A DNA stretch of 64,000 nt from Eledone cirrhosa (Eukaryota): contig OZ024747.1 of NCBI GenBank assembly GCA_964016885.1, positions 67,642,001-67,706,000 of the forward strand, in the 5' to 3' direction. Below, piece after piece: positions 63,957-64,000 of the stretch (position 1 is its first letter; each line of letters begins with the position of its first letter). The notes beneath the pieces are model-generated. The model worked only from the letters and a program-made list of their open reading frames with translations. It did not search any database and was not told where the DNA came from. The translations under genes and the position numbers were made by a program.

Positions 63957-64000
<44 letters not shown>

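Overview
AT-rich, microsatellite-dense animal DNA. It is most likely a coleoid cephalopod (Octopus-like), inferred from the SINE families and repeat landscape rather than from a database match. The window is dominated by retroelements from several clades: two near-identical full-length L1/Tx1-clade LINEs in head-to-tail tandem inside an (ATT)n tract (41959-54087); a near full-length RTE-clade LINE with three C-terminal C2H2 zinc fingers plus a 5'-truncated sibling; a full-length R4/Dong-type restriction-like-endonuclease LINE on the minus strand; bipartite non-autonomous RTE derivatives; about 20 copies of a tRNA-headed SINE; hAT MITEs; a non-autonomous Helitron; and old RTE, CRE and Tx1 fragments. 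The signals not visible in the ORF track are: (1) about 13 type-I hammerhead-ribozyme-like folds in several short non-coding families, mostly next to (TA)n tracts and often with an inverted arm, resembling non-autonomous Penelope-like or retrozyme-like elements; (2) a shared 3' end between the dominant SINE and the Tx1 LINE; (3) apparent partitioning of microsatellite landing sites between retroelement clades; (4) two phase-compatible candidate exons of an unidentified host gene on the minus strand. No rRNA, CRISPR array or intact tRNA gene was found. Most short ORFs in the track are translations of microsatellites.
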